64,000 bases of DNA from Candidatus Babeliales bacterium. Lineage in GTDB: Bacteria > Babelota > Babeliae > Babelales > JANWKD01. The stretch is from assembly GCA_963701665.1 (NCBI GenBank), contig OY969622.1, positions 320,001 through 384,000 on the forward strand, read 5' to 3'. The notes under the pieces are model-generated. The model was not told the origin of the DNA. It searched no databases and saw only the letters and a list, made by a program, of their open reading frames with translations. Shown one piece after another: positions 44,897 through 59,047 of this stretch (position 1 is its first letter; each line of letters starts with the position of its first letter). The position numbers were made by a program, and so were the translations under genes.

Positions 44897-46498
44897 TTAT
44901 AACAGTATTTTAATAAACATCCACAAAGAATTTGCTGCAAAAATGCCAGACCAGAATGGATACTGGCCTTCTTTATCTTTAACAAAAACGCTCGACAAGC
45001 CGCCTAGAACGAGGGGGAGTGCAAGATTTGTCGGCATTAATAAGCCACCAAGCACCATGATTGCATTTATTTTTAATTCTTTGAGTATGGAAGCAAAAAG
45101 CGCGCCAAGAATGAGTGCATAATAATCAAATGATTGTACCATAACAAGCAACGCTCGCCCTCGGCTTCGTTGAGCAAGAAGTTGAGCGGATCCCAATCCT
45201 AAACGCGTGATGAGCAACCAGAAACACGCGCCAATTACGAGCGCACAGACGATGAGGCCAAGCCATTGCCAGCAACGAATCCTTTTTGATGGCAGCGAAC
45301 TTAAATAGCCCAATTTTCTGCCAAACAAAAGTTCAACGGCAATGCCGCCACAAATTTCAACAAACGTTGAAATAATCGTGATATGTACTGGATTGGAACC
45401 AAAAAACATCATCGCAGGAATCATGACGAAGGTGGCATAACGTGCCATTGGAGCGATACCGGCTTTTCCGCCAATAACAAGTAATTGATAGGTACATACT
45501 GCCGTTGCAAGTAAAAGATATACAAAAGCAAGCAGCGAAAATTCAAAATAATAAAAGAATGCATAGGAAATCAGTAAAAAAAGGCACCATTGTAGTAAGG
45601 TATTTTTTGTAAAATGCCCAAAAAAGTTTTCGGCATTCTTTTTTTCCTGTTTTGTTCCCCAAAGCCCTTTAAATGCTGAAGGAATTGTCAGAAAACTTAT
45701 CAAGGCACCATACGCAACCATACCGCTTGAAAAAGCAACTAAAAAGTCGTTGAAGGCAAGTTGCGTAAAGCATGCGGCATGAATAGGCAGGCATGCAAGA
45801 TTTTTTGCAAGAATGCCAATGCCAAGAGGAATTGCAATTGAGCGCCCTGCAATAAAACCAATTGCCCATAACATAGGTAGTTCTGCTAAGGAAATGGTAA
45901 GCGCAGGGATAGTGATCATGCGATATGATAATGATGGCAATAAGGTCATGCTTGATGGTATTGAGCGTATGAAACTAACAAGAACGCTATAAAGGAAGCT
46001 GATGACAAAACCAACAGAAAGTTGGCGTGTATTCTTGTGTGAATCTTGAGCAGCGATCATTTTATACGATAGCTCGCCAATGGGGAACGGCATTTTTTCT
46101 ATGACTAAACAACGGTTTTCAAAAAGGTTTGCAAGCAGAATGCCATAAAAACCTGCACAAAATACTAATGCACCCATCACGGCACAAAAAAAGAGTGGAT
46201 TGGCAACCCACGTAGCAAAAAGGTTTTTATCAAGGAAGTACAGGGTAGGAAATGCAAATGCGCACGCAGTTGCAACAATACCGCCCACGGATGCACCAAT
46301 GGTAACGAGTGCAATTGATTGATGGCGCGTGTTTACCGATATTGTGCGCGCGCAAAGGGCAAAAATGATGCTCGTACCTAACACAACCGTGGAATCAATC
46401 CATGGCCCCAGCATAACTGCCATTGCTATATAACTTAAAATTGCGGTGGAGGCGCATGAAAAAAGTATGGTAAGTAAAAGCGTTAGAAATGGTATCAT
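44897..46498 (-). CDS. Multi-pass transporter, OPT/YSL oligopeptide-transporter-like
   Basis: More than 12 TM segments; F.FPTL and E.MPFP.G motifs. Confidence 0.6.
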   Translation of the reverse strand: MIPFLTLLLTILFSCASTAILSYIAMAVMLGPWIDSTVVLGTSIIFALCARTISVNTRHQSIALVTIGASVGGIVATACAFAFPTLYFLDKNLFATWVANPLFFCAVMGALVFCAGFYGILLANLFENRCLVIEKMPFPIGELSYKMIAAQDSHKNTRQLSVGFVISFLYSVLVSFIRSIPSSMTLLPSLSYRMITIPALTISLAELPMLWAIGFIAGRSIAIPLGIGILAKNLACLPIHAACFTQLAFNDFLVAFSSGMVAYGALISFLTIPSAFKGLWGTKQEKKNAENFFGHFTKNTLLQWCLFLLISYAFFYYFEFSLLAFVYLLLATAVCTYQLLVIGGKAGIAPMARYATFVMIPAMMFFGSNPVHITIISTFVEICGGIAVELLFGRKLGYLSSLPSKRIRCWQWLGLIVCALVIGACFWLLITRLGLGSAQLLAQRSRGRALLVMVQSFDYYALILGALFASILKELKINAIMVLGGLLMPTNLALPLVLGGLSSVFVKDKEGQYPFWSGIFAANSLWMFIKILL

Positions 46499-46754
46499 GA
46501 GTTCCTCATTACTGCTTAAGAATGCATATACAATAATTGCCTTTAAGAATAGCACATTATAAAGACTTTTCTATTGATAGAAAATACATAATTTATGCTT
46601 TATGAATTGCGCGCGTTCTAAAAAAAATCCTTAAACTAGTGCATAATTTTTCACTATTTTTTCTAATAGAAACTAAATTGTTGCAAATATTTTTTGCGAT
46701 CTGTTACCCTTGAGGTAAGAACGATTGATAAAAATAATGAGTGAGGAGATAGTA

Positions 46755-47501
46755 ATGATTCTTAATATAAAAAGATATATGCTTCTGATGAGTATTCTTT
46801 TTGTAACCAATGTATGTTCTTATCAAGGTTTTTTGCGAAAAGATACTATTTCACCAAGAGTTTTAGTTAATGGTGGGTTTAAATCCAAATATAATACTGA
46901 ACAATACACAGTTTTTAGCCGTGCAATGGCAAATAATAAAGTTGAAGTTGTACAAAAATTGTTGGAAACCAAGGCGGTTAATGTTCCAATGGTTCTCGAT
47001 GCTATAGCAAAAGAGCATAATATGGTTATGCTTGAGCAACTTTTGCAGAAAGGTTGTATCAAAGGAGATTGCAAGCTTATCTGTAACGGCAAAAAAGTAT
47101 CATTGGTTGATTTTGTTATTTCGCAAAATATAGCGCTCAGTAATTTACCTGATTCAATGGTAGTAAGTATGGTAAAAAATGGTGCAAGTATTAACAGACT
47201 GATTGGCGATGAGCGTGTTACGCCGCTCTTTAAAGCTTTACAAGCAAAAAATGTACCATTGTTTGAAACGTTATTAACACAAGGTGCAGATCCTGCGTTA
47301 AAAAATAAAGATGGAAATTCAGTAGTAAGTTACCTAAAAGATAATATGAATACGAGTGAACAGTTTTGTTCAGCGCTCGTTTCGCATGGTTTTGATATAC
47401 AAAAAGCCGCTTTAGCCAAACGAGGGAGAAAATTCACCGTTGCTCGCAAAAAAATGAAACACTCGTGGGGCAAAAGCATGATGGCGCAAAGTTTTAATTA
47501 A
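46755..47501 (+). CDS. Secreted protein with ankyrin-like repeats
   Basis: GASIN...VTPLFKAL...LLTQGADP..KNKDGNS. Confidence 0.7.
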   Translation: MILNIKRYMLLMSILFVTNVCSYQGFLRKDTISPRVLVNGGFKSKYNTEQYTVFSRAMANNKVEVVQKLLETKAVNVPMVLDAIAKEHNMVMLEQLLQKGCIKGDCKLICNGKKVSLVDFVISQNIALSNLPDSMVVSMVKNGASINRLIGDERVTPLFKALQAKNVPLFETLLTQGADPALKNKDGNSVVSYLKDNMNTSEQFCSALVSHGFDIQKAALAKRGRKFTVARKKMKHSWGKSMMAQSFN

Positions 47502-47568
47502 CATTCTCTTTATAGCTACTGATTTTTAAAAGAGGAAGAGTAACATCTTCCTTTTTTTTGTTTGTATA

Positions 47569-48657
47569 TTATGCTTGTGACCCTTGAGAAATTAAGAACG
47601 CTTCTATGAATGGCATTATGTCGCCATCAAGCACCAAATCTGGTTGTGGCGATTCGTAGTCAGTGCGATGATCTTTTACCATTTTATAAGGATGCAATAC
47701 GTACGAGCGAATTTGCGATCCCCACTCAATTTTTTGTTTCTGTACTGATGATGCTTTGGCAAATTCTTCTTCTTTTTGTTTTTGTACTAATTTTGCCATG
47801 AGCATTTTCATGGCTGTTTCTTTGTTTTGTAATTGAGAACGCTCGTTTTGGCATTGTACGACCGTGTTTGTTGGTATATGTGTGATGCGTACGGCAGATT
47901 CTGTTTTATTAACATGCTGCCCGCCAGCACCGCCGGCGCGGTAGGTATCAATACGTAAATCTTTTGGATCAATGGTTATGGCAACATCGGCAACTTCGGG
48001 CGTGACGCTTACTGCTGCAAATGAGGTGTGGCGTCGCTTATTAGCATCAAAGGGTGAAATGCGTACGAGGCGGTGAACGCCTTGCTCGCCTTTTAACAGG
48101 CCGTACGTTTTTTTGCCTTTTACATACACGGTCGCGGATTTAATGCCGGCGCCCTCGCCAACTTGGTAATCAAGAACGCTCGCATTAAATTTTTCCCGCT
48201 CGCAAAAGCGTACGTACATGCGCAACAAAATTTCGGCCCAATCTTGTGATTCGGTGCCACCCGCGCCAGAGTTTATAGTTAAAAAACACGCGGCATTATC
48301 TTGTGCCTCATGCAGCAAAAGATCGATTTTGAATTTTTTAATGTTGCGGCAGAGCTCCAGGACGTCCTGTTTAAGGGATTCTAGCTCGTTTTCATTCTGA
48401 GCAAAAAGCTCAATAAGATCATAAAGTTCCTTGTGGGTGCCGACAATATGATGGTAATGATCGCGCTGGAGTTTTATTTTTTGTAGCTCTTTGCTGATTT
48501 CAGCCTGCTCAGGGTGTTGCCAGAAATTTTCCTGCTTGCTGATAGTAGTAAGGTTCTGAAATTCCTGCTCTAGGTTAGCCGTTTGCCAGTATTCTTTAAT
48601 AACGCCTAAATCAGGTTCAGCATTTTTAAGATAGTCTTTTAATTCATCAATAAGCAT
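47569..48657 (-). CDS. prfB: Peptide chain release factor 2
   Basis: SPF tripeptide, GAGGQHVN and IEWGSQIRSY; the ORF is uninterrupted. Confidence 0.97.
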   Translation of the reverse strand: MLIDELKDYLKNAEPDLGVIKEYWQTANLEQEFQNLTTISKQENFWQHPEQAEISKELQKIKLQRDHYHHIVGTHKELYDLIELFAQNENELESLKQDVLELCRNIKKFKIDLLLHEAQDNAACFLTINSGAGGTESQDWAEILLRMYVRFCEREKFNASVLDYQVGEGAGIKSATVYVKGKKTYGLLKGEQGVHRLVRISPFDANKRRHTSFAAVSVTPEVADVAITIDPKDLRIDTYRAGGAGGQHVNKTESAVRITHIPTNTVVQCQNERSQLQNKETAMKMLMAKLVQKQKEEEFAKASSVQKQKIEWGSQIRSYVLHPYKMVKDHRTDYESPQPDLVLDGDIMPFIEAFLISQGSQA

Positions 48658-48950
48658 GCGCTAATGTTCCTTTATATAGAGTATATAAAGATACCATAAA
48701 AAATATGCTCAACCTAGAAATGAAAAATTACTAATTCAGGAATAGTGGCAAAAGATCATTAAATTTATCATTGGTCCCCATATTTAGGACCGAGTTTTAA
48801 GGCATATTGGAAAAGAGGTTACTAGGAGGCCGGTAGCGGATATGTTGTTGGAGATACATATAATTAAGGTAATTCAAAAGCCATGCTATGGAGGCAGCGC
48901 CGAGTAATCCAGTTAGTAATGAAAAATTTATAAAATTTAATTATAAAAAA

Positions 48951-48978
48951 TTGACAAATGAAAAATATAGAATATAAT
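48951..48978 (+). promoter_or_regulatory. Consensus sigma70 promoter
   Basis: TTGACA-N16-TATAAT with an A-rich UP region. Confidence 0.6.
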
Positions 48979-49373
48979 AAAACTATATACTTTACAATCA
49001 GCAGTGCCAACAGGCTTATATGGGTAAGTTATTGAAATAGGTAGTCTATCCCACTTAATCAGGTTGGCCTTTTTATAATGAACTTTGTTAAGTTGATGGC
49101 CAAAAAGTAAGCTTCCTAAGACAAAGATTATTATTAAAAAAAGTGAAATTTCTGCACAAATACACTCAAGAATTTTATTAGCACAAAAGAAAATGAAGAA
49201 GAAAAGCGGAAAAGTTTTCATCTTCGCCGTTAATAATAATGCACTATTTGGGAGCTCTCTTCCAGAGCATTAATTGACAAGAAAAAGGGCTGTTTTTGCC
49301 ACAAAAACAGGAGGGTAAAAATACCTGTTTTTTTGGTGAAAAAAGTTTTTAAAAAAAAAAGAAAAAAAATTTG

Positions 49374-49401
49374 TTGACTTCGCATATAATACCTGTATAA
49401 T
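49374..49401 (+). promoter_or_regulatory. rRNA operon promoter
   Basis: TTGACT-N16-TATAAT preceded by long A-tracts; boxA-like TTCTTTGAAA near 49487. Confidence 0.7.
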
Positions 49402-49559
49402 TTGTTTTGTATTTGAAAAATAAATCGCAAACGAAATCAATGCATCGTGCATCAAGCACTTAGCTTTTTTGTCTGAAAATTTTGATTTCTTTGAAATTCA
49501 CGAGAAATCCTAAAAATTCGCTTATGAGTCTTACGAAAGTATATCTTTATCATAAATTT

Positions 49560-51103
<1,544 letters not shown>

Positions 51104-51249
51104 CGAGGGAGAAAAGTGATTCAAGAGCTTCGGCTCTTTGATCTTTAAGGTGTAAATTAAGAAACTTCCGTAAGATTCATAAGCGTAAAAATAATTACTA
51201 TATTAACGCGCGTCGCGTGTTGATAAAAAATAAACTAAGTATATAAAGC

Positions 51250-51326
51250 GGGCCTATAGCTCAGTTGGTTAGAGCACCCCGCTGATAACGGGGAGGTCAG
51301 TCGTTCGAGTCGACTTAGGCCCACCA
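51250..51326 (+). tRNA. tRNA-Ile(GAT)
   Basis: Cloverleaf with CCCCG-CT-GAT-AA-CGGGG and CCA. Confidence 0.97.
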
Positions 51327-51400
51327 GATGTGGGTTAAGTTGCAAGATTGATCTGTTCCGCAGTGGTTGTTACTTACCAAGTTGCTTCTAGATTTTTCTA

Positions 51401-51476
51401 GGGGATGTAGCTCAGCTGGTAGAGCGTCCGTTTTGCACGCGGAAGGTCAGCGGTTCGATTCCGCTCATCTCCACCA
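51401..51476 (+). tRNA. tRNA-Ala(TGC)
   Basis: GGGGATG acceptor with G3:U70, TCCGT-TT-TGC-AC-GCGGA and CCA. Confidence 0.97.
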
Positions 51477-51613
51477 ATCTACGCCTGCATGGGGGAAAGC
51501 TTCGATGTGAAATTTGGCTTCGATTGGCTCCGCCAGTTGCTCTAAGGAATTGATGCGTAGATTGCCCGTCGTAGCTTGCCAAGCCGGAAGGCGTGGATAA
51601 GCGAAGACTGGGC
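51477..51613 (+). repeat. Palindromic repeat abutting the tRNA-Ala CCA
   Basis: Homologous to the reverse complement of 30245-30387. Confidence 0.85.
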
Positions 51614-51744
51614 CCCGAATCTATCTTAGTGATTCTCGTGAAATAAAAAATTTCTTGTGATCTTTGAAATATTTGTAATATAAGCGTCTAGCAAATTCAA
51701 AAAGAATTTTAGTTATTTACTGATCATTAGTCATAAAAATTTGT

Positions 51745-54764
<3,020 letters not shown>

Positions 54765-54906
54765 ACTTTTAACTTTTCTATGACTGTTGCAGATCGGTAG
54801 AGAAACTATAAAACCTAACGCTTATATTACAAATATTTCTCGCAAGAAAAAATTTGAAAAATTTGATCAACGTGGTATCTTGAATAAGAACCTTGATCTA
54901 AAAATT

Positions 54907-55023
54907 TCCTGGTGGAAATAGCTGTGGGGAAACACCCGTTCCCATCCCGAATACGGCAGTTAAGTCTACGGCGCTGATGATACTTGTCTGGTAACGGACT
55001 GGAAAAGTAGGTACTGCCAGGTT
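54907..55023 (+). rRNA. rrf: 5S rRNA
   Basis: CCTGGTG..CACCCGTTCCCATCCCGAA..TGCCAGG. Confidence 0.96.
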
Positions 55024-55029
55024 TAAATT

Positions 55030-55066
55030 AAAGAGGCACTATTTAAAAATAGTGCCTCTTTTTTTC
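55030..55066 (+). terminator. rRNA operon terminator
   Basis: AAAGAGGCACTATTT-aa-AAATAGTGCCTCTTTTTTT. Confidence 0.85.
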
Positions 55067-55079
55067 TTTTAAAACTTTT

Positions 55080-56351
55080 TTATTCCTCGTCTTTTGGTAT
55101 TTTCAATTTTTCACTCACAATTTTATTCGTGATGTTTTTCATTTTTTGTTTATATCTTTTTTTATCATTCTCTGGGATCAAATCATGAGAATAGAACAAT
55201 ATATTGCTGCTTGGATTCAAAAGAAGTTGATCGGTAAAAAGTAATCGTGCTTGTACATTTTGAATACCTGGAATGGCAGCTGGTGTGTTGGTATATTTCT
55301 CTAATAATCTCGATAATCTAAATCTTCCTTTTTTAATATGTTTTATAATTTTTGCATAGAGCGGATCTTTTTCTTTATCTTTTTTGAATTGTTCTCTAAT
55401 TTTTTTCAAAATCGGTTCTGTTCCGCCAGAGAAAGTAGGGGGTCTTGTTAATGATGAGCGTGCAAGATTATCAATCACGGCAACAAGTTCACGTTCATAA
55501 GGAATACCTTGTACCCATGCAACGTATCCTACATCATCAACAATGGATTTTGGGATAAAAATTTGTAACAATACTTGTTCGCGTGGTTCTCCATGTGCTG
55601 CGATTTCGGGAGAAAGATATTGTTCATTTAGCGCTAAAATATCATCAAGATATGTTTCTGGTGCATCATATATTTTGAGAATGCCTTTGATGATTTGCGC
55701 ATCGACTTTGGCATGACTTTTGGGTTTTAAGAAATAATCAAAAGTACTTTCACCTTCAAAGCCCACATTACCAAATAGGGCGAGGTTGACTGATAGCAGC
55801 GAGGCTCTATGCCCAGGACTGTTATCGTTAATTAATCCTTCTGAACTAATTTCATTCATCAAAAAATCAGTTACATTTTGTTGCACAAATGCTTGCCAGC
55901 GTAAAAATCTAAATTTAGGCAAGGTTGTTGTAAGGGGACGTAATGCTTTGGTGAGTTCTAACATTAAATCTTGTGGAACGAGCCACGCCTTGCTAAAGGC
56001 ATGATAAAAAACATAATGTGATTGCTTATATTTTTTTTCAAGTGCTAAGATTTTTGCAAGAAATTTTTTACCACGAGCTTCTTTTAAGATAGGATATTTT
56101 TTTTTAACGAGTTTTTTGATTGCAGGAATACTTAATAAGGCTTCCGTTTGGGTATATCTTTGTTGCAGAGGTGGGGGCAGTTTTTTAATGGCATCACTTA
56201 AAGCTGTAAGTTGCTTTGCAAGATGATTAAGTTCTCTATTTAAAACCTCATAAGGGTGGTTGACTTTGGGAGGTGCCATTTCTATTGATTGTGGCAAAAG
56301 TGGCAAGTGCCATATAATAAAAAGAATTAAAATTTTACTACATAATTTCAT
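55080..56351 (-). CDS. Secreted hypothetical protein
   Basis: 423 aa, signal peptide, AAGGAG RBS; YVFYHA, LLSVN..LFGN..GEST and QARL motifs. Confidence 0.8.
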   Translation of the reverse strand: MKLCSKILILFIIWHLPLLPQSIEMAPPKVNHPYEVLNRELNHLAKQLTALSDAIKKLPPPLQQRYTQTEALLSIPAIKKLVKKKYPILKEARGKKFLAKILALEKKYKQSHYVFYHAFSKAWLVPQDLMLELTKALRPLTTTLPKFRFLRWQAFVQQNVTDFLMNEISSEGLINDNSPGHRASLLSVNLALFGNVGFEGESTFDYFLKPKSHAKVDAQIIKGILKIYDAPETYLDDILALNEQYLSPEIAAHGEPREQVLLQIFIPKSIVDDVGYVAWVQGIPYERELVAVIDNLARSSLTRPPTFSGGTEPILKKIREQFKKDKEKDPLYAKIIKHIKKGRFRLSRLLEKYTNTPAAIPGIQNVQARLLFTDQLLLNPSSNILFYSHDLIPENDKKRYKQKMKNITNKIVSEKLKIPKDEE

Positions 56352-56510
56352 AGCGCTCCTTTTATGATTTGTAATTTATAATGAAAGTTTATATCCTTTA
56401 AATGCAATATTTTCGTAAGGACATAATTTCTAAGAAATAATGCGGTTCTTTTTTTTTGTGGTAGACTTTTTCTTAGATACAATATTAATCAAAACTTAAA
56501 AGGGATTTTT

Positions 56511-56966
56511 ATGAATCTATTATTCAAAAAACTTTTGTGCGCGATGAGCTTTATGGTGTTACCTCTTTCAATGCGAGCGAATGAGCCAAAAGAGTTCACT
56601 TTGCAAGATCTATCATCTGAAGAACAGCAACAGTTATTTCAGGAAATGATGTTAAGAAAATTGGTTATGGAAGTATTAATAGATTTATTGAGAACAAACG
56701 TAACAACAATTGATTGGTTGTTAGAAAATTATTTAGTACATCCAGAAGAAAGTATCAAAAAGATTATGCATGTTGTACAGCTTCATAGCAAACATCGCTG
56801 GGAGAGTATTCTCAGCACGTTCGCTTCCGAGCTTGGCATTAAGAGTGAAGAAGATTATGCAAGTTTCATGAATGAAAGTGCTGTCTTCTTGCGCCAGGTA
56901 ACTGCTTCTGAGCTGGAAAAATGGCTCTACTGTTCTGCACACGCCGGAATGATGCGTAAACAATAA
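56511..56966 (+). CDS. Secreted hypothetical protein
   Basis: Signal peptide; terminator follows. Confidence 0.7.
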   Translation: MNLLFKKLLCAMSFMVLPLSMRANEPKEFTLQDLSSEEQQQLFQEMMLRKLVMEVLIDLLRTNVTTIDWLLENYLVHPEESIKKIMHVVQLHSKHRWESILSTFASELGIKSEEDYASFMNESAVFLRQVTASELEKWLYCSAHAGMMRKQ

Positions 56967-56977
56967 CAAAAGCTTAA

Positions 56978-57012
56978 ATGCCCCAGGAAAAAATCCTGGG
57001 GCATTTTTTTTA
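56978..57012 (+). terminator. Intrinsic terminator
   Basis: ATGCCCCAGGA-aaaaa-TCCTGGGGCAT followed by a T-run. Confidence 0.8.
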
Positions 57013-57029
57013 TAACAGGAAAAAATGCA

Positions 57030-57263
57030 ATGATAAAAATTGGAGCTATTTACGAGCATTACAAAGGAAAGAAATATAAAATAATAGCCATTGCTCGTCA
57101 TACTGAAACACTTGAAGAGTGTGTTGTGTACCAAGCGCTATATCATGATGACGCATTTGGAGATAACGCATTATGGATTCGTCCATTAAGTATGTTTATG
57201 GAATCAACTGAATATAATGGCATACTGCAATCGCGATTTAAATTGTGTTCTCTAGAAATATAA
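57030..57263 (+). CDS. DUF1653 family protein
   Basis: YEHYKG..Y, HTET.E..VVYQALY, W.RP..MF and RF motifs. Confidence 0.9.
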   Translation: MIKIGAIYEHYKGKKYKIIAIARHTETLEECVVYQALYHDDAFGDNALWIRPLSMFMESTEYNGILQSRFKLCSLEI

Positions 57264-57343
57264 AGCTGAAGTGCTAGTTGCTTTTTAATATGCGTTCTCT
57301 AAAATAGGGAAAAACTAACGGCACCATCATAAAAAGGAGCAGC

Positions 57344-58057
57344 ATGGTAATGAAAAAATTTATTTTCATCTTATTTATTCTTATCTTCAATGGCAGTTTT
57401 GCAGAAACATATTACAGCCAAATTGGCCAAGATGAATTTATGCACAAAAATTTTTTTCTTGATAAAACTGATGGCACTTTTGTCGATATCGGTGCGGGTG
57501 GTGTTAAGTTTAGCGATTCATTATTCTTCGAGCGTCGAGGGTGGCGGTGCGTGTGCATTGAACCACATCCGCGCGCGTTCAATGAGCTCGTAACAACCCG
57601 CGCGTGTTTATGTATTCAAGCGTGCGTTTCAGATGTCGAGGGCGTTGCTAAATTTTTAGAAATTAGGGGCGCGTGCGAAATGTTAAGCGGGTTAATTGAT
57701 AAATATGACCCTCGCCATGTTAATCGTATTATTTTTGAAGTACAACAAAATCGCGATTCGTATCAAATAATTGATGTTCCCTGTGTCACATTGAATTCAG
57801 TGCTTGAAGAAGCTGGCATTTCACATATTGATATTCTCAAATTGGACACAGAAGGTGGAGAAAAAGATATCTTAAAATCCATTGATTTTGAGCGTTACAC
57901 TATTGACGTAATTTGTGTTGAAGATAATTATAAAGATCCTGAATTTTTCGAAATTCTTGAGCCTAAAGGATTTGTTTTAGTTAAAGCACTGCAATTTGAC
58001 CCGAATAGTACTGAGCGTGAACTTATTTTTAGAAATAAAAACTTTCTATCAAATTGA
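57344..58057 (+). CDS. FkbM family methyltransferase
   Basis: YSQ.GQD, FVDIGA, IEP and LKLDTEG.E motifs; N-terminal signal peptide. Confidence 0.9.
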   Translation: MVMKKFIFILFILIFNGSFAETYYSQIGQDEFMHKNFFLDKTDGTFVDIGAGGVKFSDSLFFERRGWRCVCIEPHPRAFNELVTTRACLCIQACVSDVEGVAKFLEIRGACEMLSGLIDKYDPRHVNRIIFEVQQNRDSYQIIDVPCVTLNSVLEEAGISHIDILKLDTEGGEKDILKSIDFERYTIDVICVEDNYKDPEFFEILEPKGFVLVKALQFDPNSTERELIFRNKNFLSN

Positions 58058-58080
58058 TTGAAAAAATAAAAGGAGAGTCG

Positions 58081-58992
58081 ATGTTTAAAAAGATAGTATC
58101 AAGATCATGTATTACATTTTTTTTGATCTTTATGACAAGTTCACTGTTTGGGTTAGAGCTTGAGCCGATCCCCTATATTGACTTTGATATATCAATGCAA
58201 AGATATCGTTTTGAAGATTTTTTGAAAACAGATGAGCGCCATATAGCAGTTTATAATCTTTTTAAATCTCTGTATCAAATTACAAGTCCGCTTATTTTTA
58301 AGCCAGGAAATTATGTACGAATTCCAAAAAAACTTCATTTTATTTGGCTTGGAAGGCCGTTGCCAGAAGAATATAAAAAGTATATATATTCTTGGCAGGA
58401 ATTCCATCCAGATTGGGAATTTAAATTATGGACTGAAGCTGATCTGCCGACATTTAATTTTATCAATAGAGATATTTTTGATGAAGCAAATAATTATAGC
58501 CGAAAAGCAGACATTTGGTGTCTGGAAATTCTAGAACAATTTGGCGGTCTATATCTTAATATTGATTTTCAATGTCTCAAAAGAATGGATACGTTACACT
58601 ATACCTATGATTTTTATATTGCGATGCAGCCCCTGGATACGAATATTGTACAAATAGGTACAGGGTTGATTGCTGCAATACCTAATCATCCAATCATACG
58701 TTTCATGAGAGAACAGATACGTGAAACGAGACATATAAAACAAATTATTGTCGCAACAGGTCCTGTTTTTTTTACGAGAAAGTATGTTGAGTATTATGTT
58801 GCTTGTGGTGGCAAATGTCTTGAACGTAATGTGGTATTTCCAGCAAGTTATTTTTACCCGTGTGGGTATACACAACGGACACAACCACTTGAAGAATGGT
58901 ATAAAGATGAAGCTAAATTAGCATATGGCGTTCATTGGTGGGCAGGCAGCTGGCTCGGTAAAGAAGCCTTTGTTCCAGGAGCTTATCAATAA
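58081..58992 (+). CDS. GT32 (DXD sugar-binding) glycosyltransferase, degenerate motif
   Basis: IPKKLHFIWLG, HPDWEFKLW, GGLYLNID, TGP and HWWAGSW motifs. Confidence 0.85.
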   Translation: MFKKIVSRSCITFFLIFMTSSLFGLELEPIPYIDFDISMQRYRFEDFLKTDERHIAVYNLFKSLYQITSPLIFKPGNYVRIPKKLHFIWLGRPLPEEYKKYIYSWQEFHPDWEFKLWTEADLPTFNFINRDIFDEANNYSRKADIWCLEILEQFGGLYLNIDFQCLKRMDTLHYTYDFYIAMQPLDTNIVQIGTGLIAAIPNHPIIRFMREQIRETRHIKQIIVATGPVFFTRKYVEYYVACGGKCLERNVVFPASYFYPCGYTQRTQPLEEWYKDEAKLAYGVHWWAGSWLGKEAFVPGAYQ

Positions 58993-59047
58993 AATTGGAA
59001 TGAATTATATTCCTTTTACCGCATTAACATTGAAAGAAATATGAATC

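Noticed and set aside
48937..49455. Three short minus-strand ORFs upstream of 16S
   Set aside because: Low-complexity translations of A-tract promoter DNA.
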